Made by a program: the position numbers and the translations under genes
The notes under the pieces: model-generated
What the model saw: the letters and a program-made list of their open reading frames with translations, nothing else
Told to the model about the DNA's origin: nothing
Database searches by the model: none
Part shown: piece after piece, positions 62,259-64,000 of the stretch
Layout: every line of letters starts with the position of its first letter
Numbering within the stretch: position 1 is the stretch's first letter
NCBI GenBank assembly: GCA_963707915.1
Contig: OY970178.1
Span: 832,001 to 896,000, forward strand
From: Candidatus Eiseniibacteriota bacterium
GTDB lineage: Bacteria; Eisenbacteria; RBG-16-71-46
Length of the DNA: 64,000 nucleotides
Reading direction: 5' to 3'

Positions 62259-63998
62259 TCACCGGGCGGGGCCGGGCTGCTCGCGCATCGCCTGCTGGGT
62301 CCTCGATCCGCCGGGCCCGCGGGAGCGCAGCCAGTCCAGCAGCCGCTTCGCCTCCGCCATCTCCTGCGGATAGCCGCCGCCCCGGGCGAAGAAGCGCTCG
62401 AGCGAGCGCCGGGACTCCTCGTAGCGCATGGCCTTCGACTGCATGTAGCCCATCAGCCACCAGTAGCGCCCGACCTCTGGCGCCAGCAGGGTCGCGGCGT
62501 ACGCTTCGATCGCCGCTTCCCCTTCGAAGCCGCTCATGTTCACGAACATCCCGCCGAGCATCGCGTGCGCCTCGGGATCGAGCACGTGCCGCATCATGCC
62601 GCGCGACATGAGATTCACCGCCTGCGCCGTGTCGCCCGCCGTGACGAGTCGCAGGACCTCGGGGATCTCGGGCGTGGGCCCGGCATCCAGCGTCAGGCCG
62701 GCCTGCCGCAGCTCCGCCCGCGCCCGCGTCGTGTCGCCCAGCCCCCATCGCAGCCAGGCCCGCCAGTAGGGCGCGAAGCGATCGTCGGGGCCGACCGCCT
62801 CCGGCAGCTCCAGCAGGCTCAACGCCACCGCGGGGCGCTCCGCCGCCACCGCCGTCAGGGCGAGCGACTGCAACCGCCCCCGATCCATCGCGATCTCGCC
62901 GAGCGTGTCGTTCTTCAAGAGGAAGCCGTACGCCGGCCCGCGGCGGAAGCGCTCCGCGGTGAACTCCATGAGGTAGTACGAGCGCAGGCTGCTGTCGCGG
63001 TAGGCCCAGCGCACCAGCGGACCGTCACCCGCCTGGAAGCCCGTGAACGCCGGCAACCCCCCGAAGAACACCGTGCTTCGCGGCGGCAGGGTGGGCCGCG
63101 CGGCGCGCATCTGCCCGAGGTAGCGTTCGACGAACGAGTTCGCCCGCTCCACGTAGCGGCGGTTCACGTGGGACTGGCTGGTCCAGGCGCCAGGGGCGGT
63201 GATGAACTCGTCGAGCCGCCGCCCGTTCTCCGATCCCCACCCCAGCAGCGCCAGCACCACGATGGCCGTCGAGCGCCGCCGCGTGGCCAGCGCCGCACCG
63301 AGCGCGAGCCCGGCTCCGCACAGCGCGAACAGGTAGTAGTAGGCGCTCCAGGCCGACGCGACGGCGGCCACCGGCACGGCGCCGAGCAGGGCCCACCCGA
63401 TCCCCAGCGCGACCGTCGGGAAACCCGGCGCGGCGCTCGCGCCCGGCGCGGCGCGCCGCTCGCTCCCGGCCAGGGCGACCGCGGCGAGCGCGAGCGCGAG
63501 CGGGACCACCGGCGGCAGCAGCGTGAGGAAGCGCAGCGCCCCGCCCGCGCGCCACTCGAGCCCGAAGGTCACCTGCACGAGGTGCGCGAACGCGGCCGCC
63601 GCGCTCGCCGCGCTCCACGTCACCGCCCCGCGCGCCCCCGGGCTGTGCAGCATGACCGTCGCCCACAGCGCCGCCCAGGCCGCGGCCGCGAGCCCGAGCG
63701 GCCAGCCACGCAGCAGGCTCCGTTGCCATGGCTCCCCGGCGCGGCGGGCGGCCAGCACCGCCACCAGGGGCGTGAACAGCACCGTCTCCTTCGAGAGCAG
63801 CGCGCCGAGCAGCGCCATCGCGGCCAGCCATCGCCGGCCGTCGAGGAACAGCGCCAGCGCCCCGAGCGCGCCGAGCAGTGCCAGCAGATCCTGGCTGCCC
63901 GAAGCCCACAACAGCGGCACGTCCGCCGCGTAGTGGAGCGCCACGAAGGCCGCCGCGATCGCCGCGGCGGTCGTCCCGGCCAGGCGCCGGGTCACCAG
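62259..63998 (-). CDS. Multi-pass membrane protein with C-terminal TPR-like region (GT-C/TMTC-like), 5' truncated
   Basis: Many TM helices; LW.SGSQDLL and ALLSKET motifs; helical C-terminus. Confidence 0.6.
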   Translation of the reverse strand: MVTRRLAGTTAAAIAAAFVALHYAADVPLLWASGSQDLLALLGALGALALFLDGRRWLAAMALLGALLSKETVLFTPLVAVLAARRAGEPWQRSLLRGWPLGLAAAAWAALWATVMLHSPGARGAVTWSAASAAAAFAHLVQVTFGLEWRAGGALRFLTLLPPVVPLALALAAVALAGSERRAAPGASAAPGFPTVALGIGWALLGAVPVAAVASAWSAYYYLFALCGAGLALGAALATRRRSTAIVVLALLGWGSENGRRLDEFITAPGAWTSQSHVNRRYVERANSFVERYLGQMRAARPTLPPRSTVFFGGLPAFTGFQAGDGPLVRWAYRDSSLRSYYLMEFTAERFRRGPAYGFLLKNDTLGEIAMDRGRLQSLALTAVAAERPAVALSLLELPEAVGPDDRFAPYWRAWLRWGLGDTTRARAELRQAGLTLDAGPTPEIPEVLRLVTAGDTAQAVNLMSRGMMRHVLDPEAHAMLGGMFVNMSGFEGEAAIEAYAATLLAPEVGRYWWLMGYMQSKAMRYEESRRSLERFFARGGGYPQEMAEAKRLLDWLRSRGPGGSRTQQAMREQPGPAR

Positions 63999-64000
63999 GA

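Overview
Very high-GC (about 70% or more by eye) bacterial chromosomal window made mostly of core genes. Gene content (long-insert SecA, PorV-like barrel, Ig-like lipoprotein, PEGA protein, LptE) suggests a diderm FCB-related candidate lineage such as Ca. Eisenbacteria; this is inference. The main non-coding signal is a 28-bp dif site at 6605-6632. Gene orientation converges on it (+ strand to the left, mostly - strand to the right), so the window probably spans the replication terminus, with xerD and xerC within 20 kb and topA and scpAB nearby. Also present: a PAS kinase/sigma-54 activator pair, lptE-holA-leuS, a fluoride riboswitch with terminator upstream of crcB-DUF190, and GH57. A closely packed operon runs uvrC-xerD-OM barrel-beta-CASP RNase-Tudor/SNF2 ATPase-YqhG-like Zn-ribbon protein; its last three genes are the best candidate for an uncharacterised system. 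Further genes: dapFAB, secA-smg-topA-xerC, guaA, comEC, a pseudo-PP2C/repeat/PEGA membrane protein, mltD with a sigma-54-type promoter, tandem glgD-like/glgC, trpS-scpA-scpB-rluB, cstA, tRNA-Ala(GGC) and a polyferredoxin plus two exported HMA-fold proteins. Three single-base frameshifts (uvrC once, secA twice) are most likely sequencing errors. No CRISPR array, prophage or transposase was seen. All calls come from reading motifs by eye; no database searches were run.
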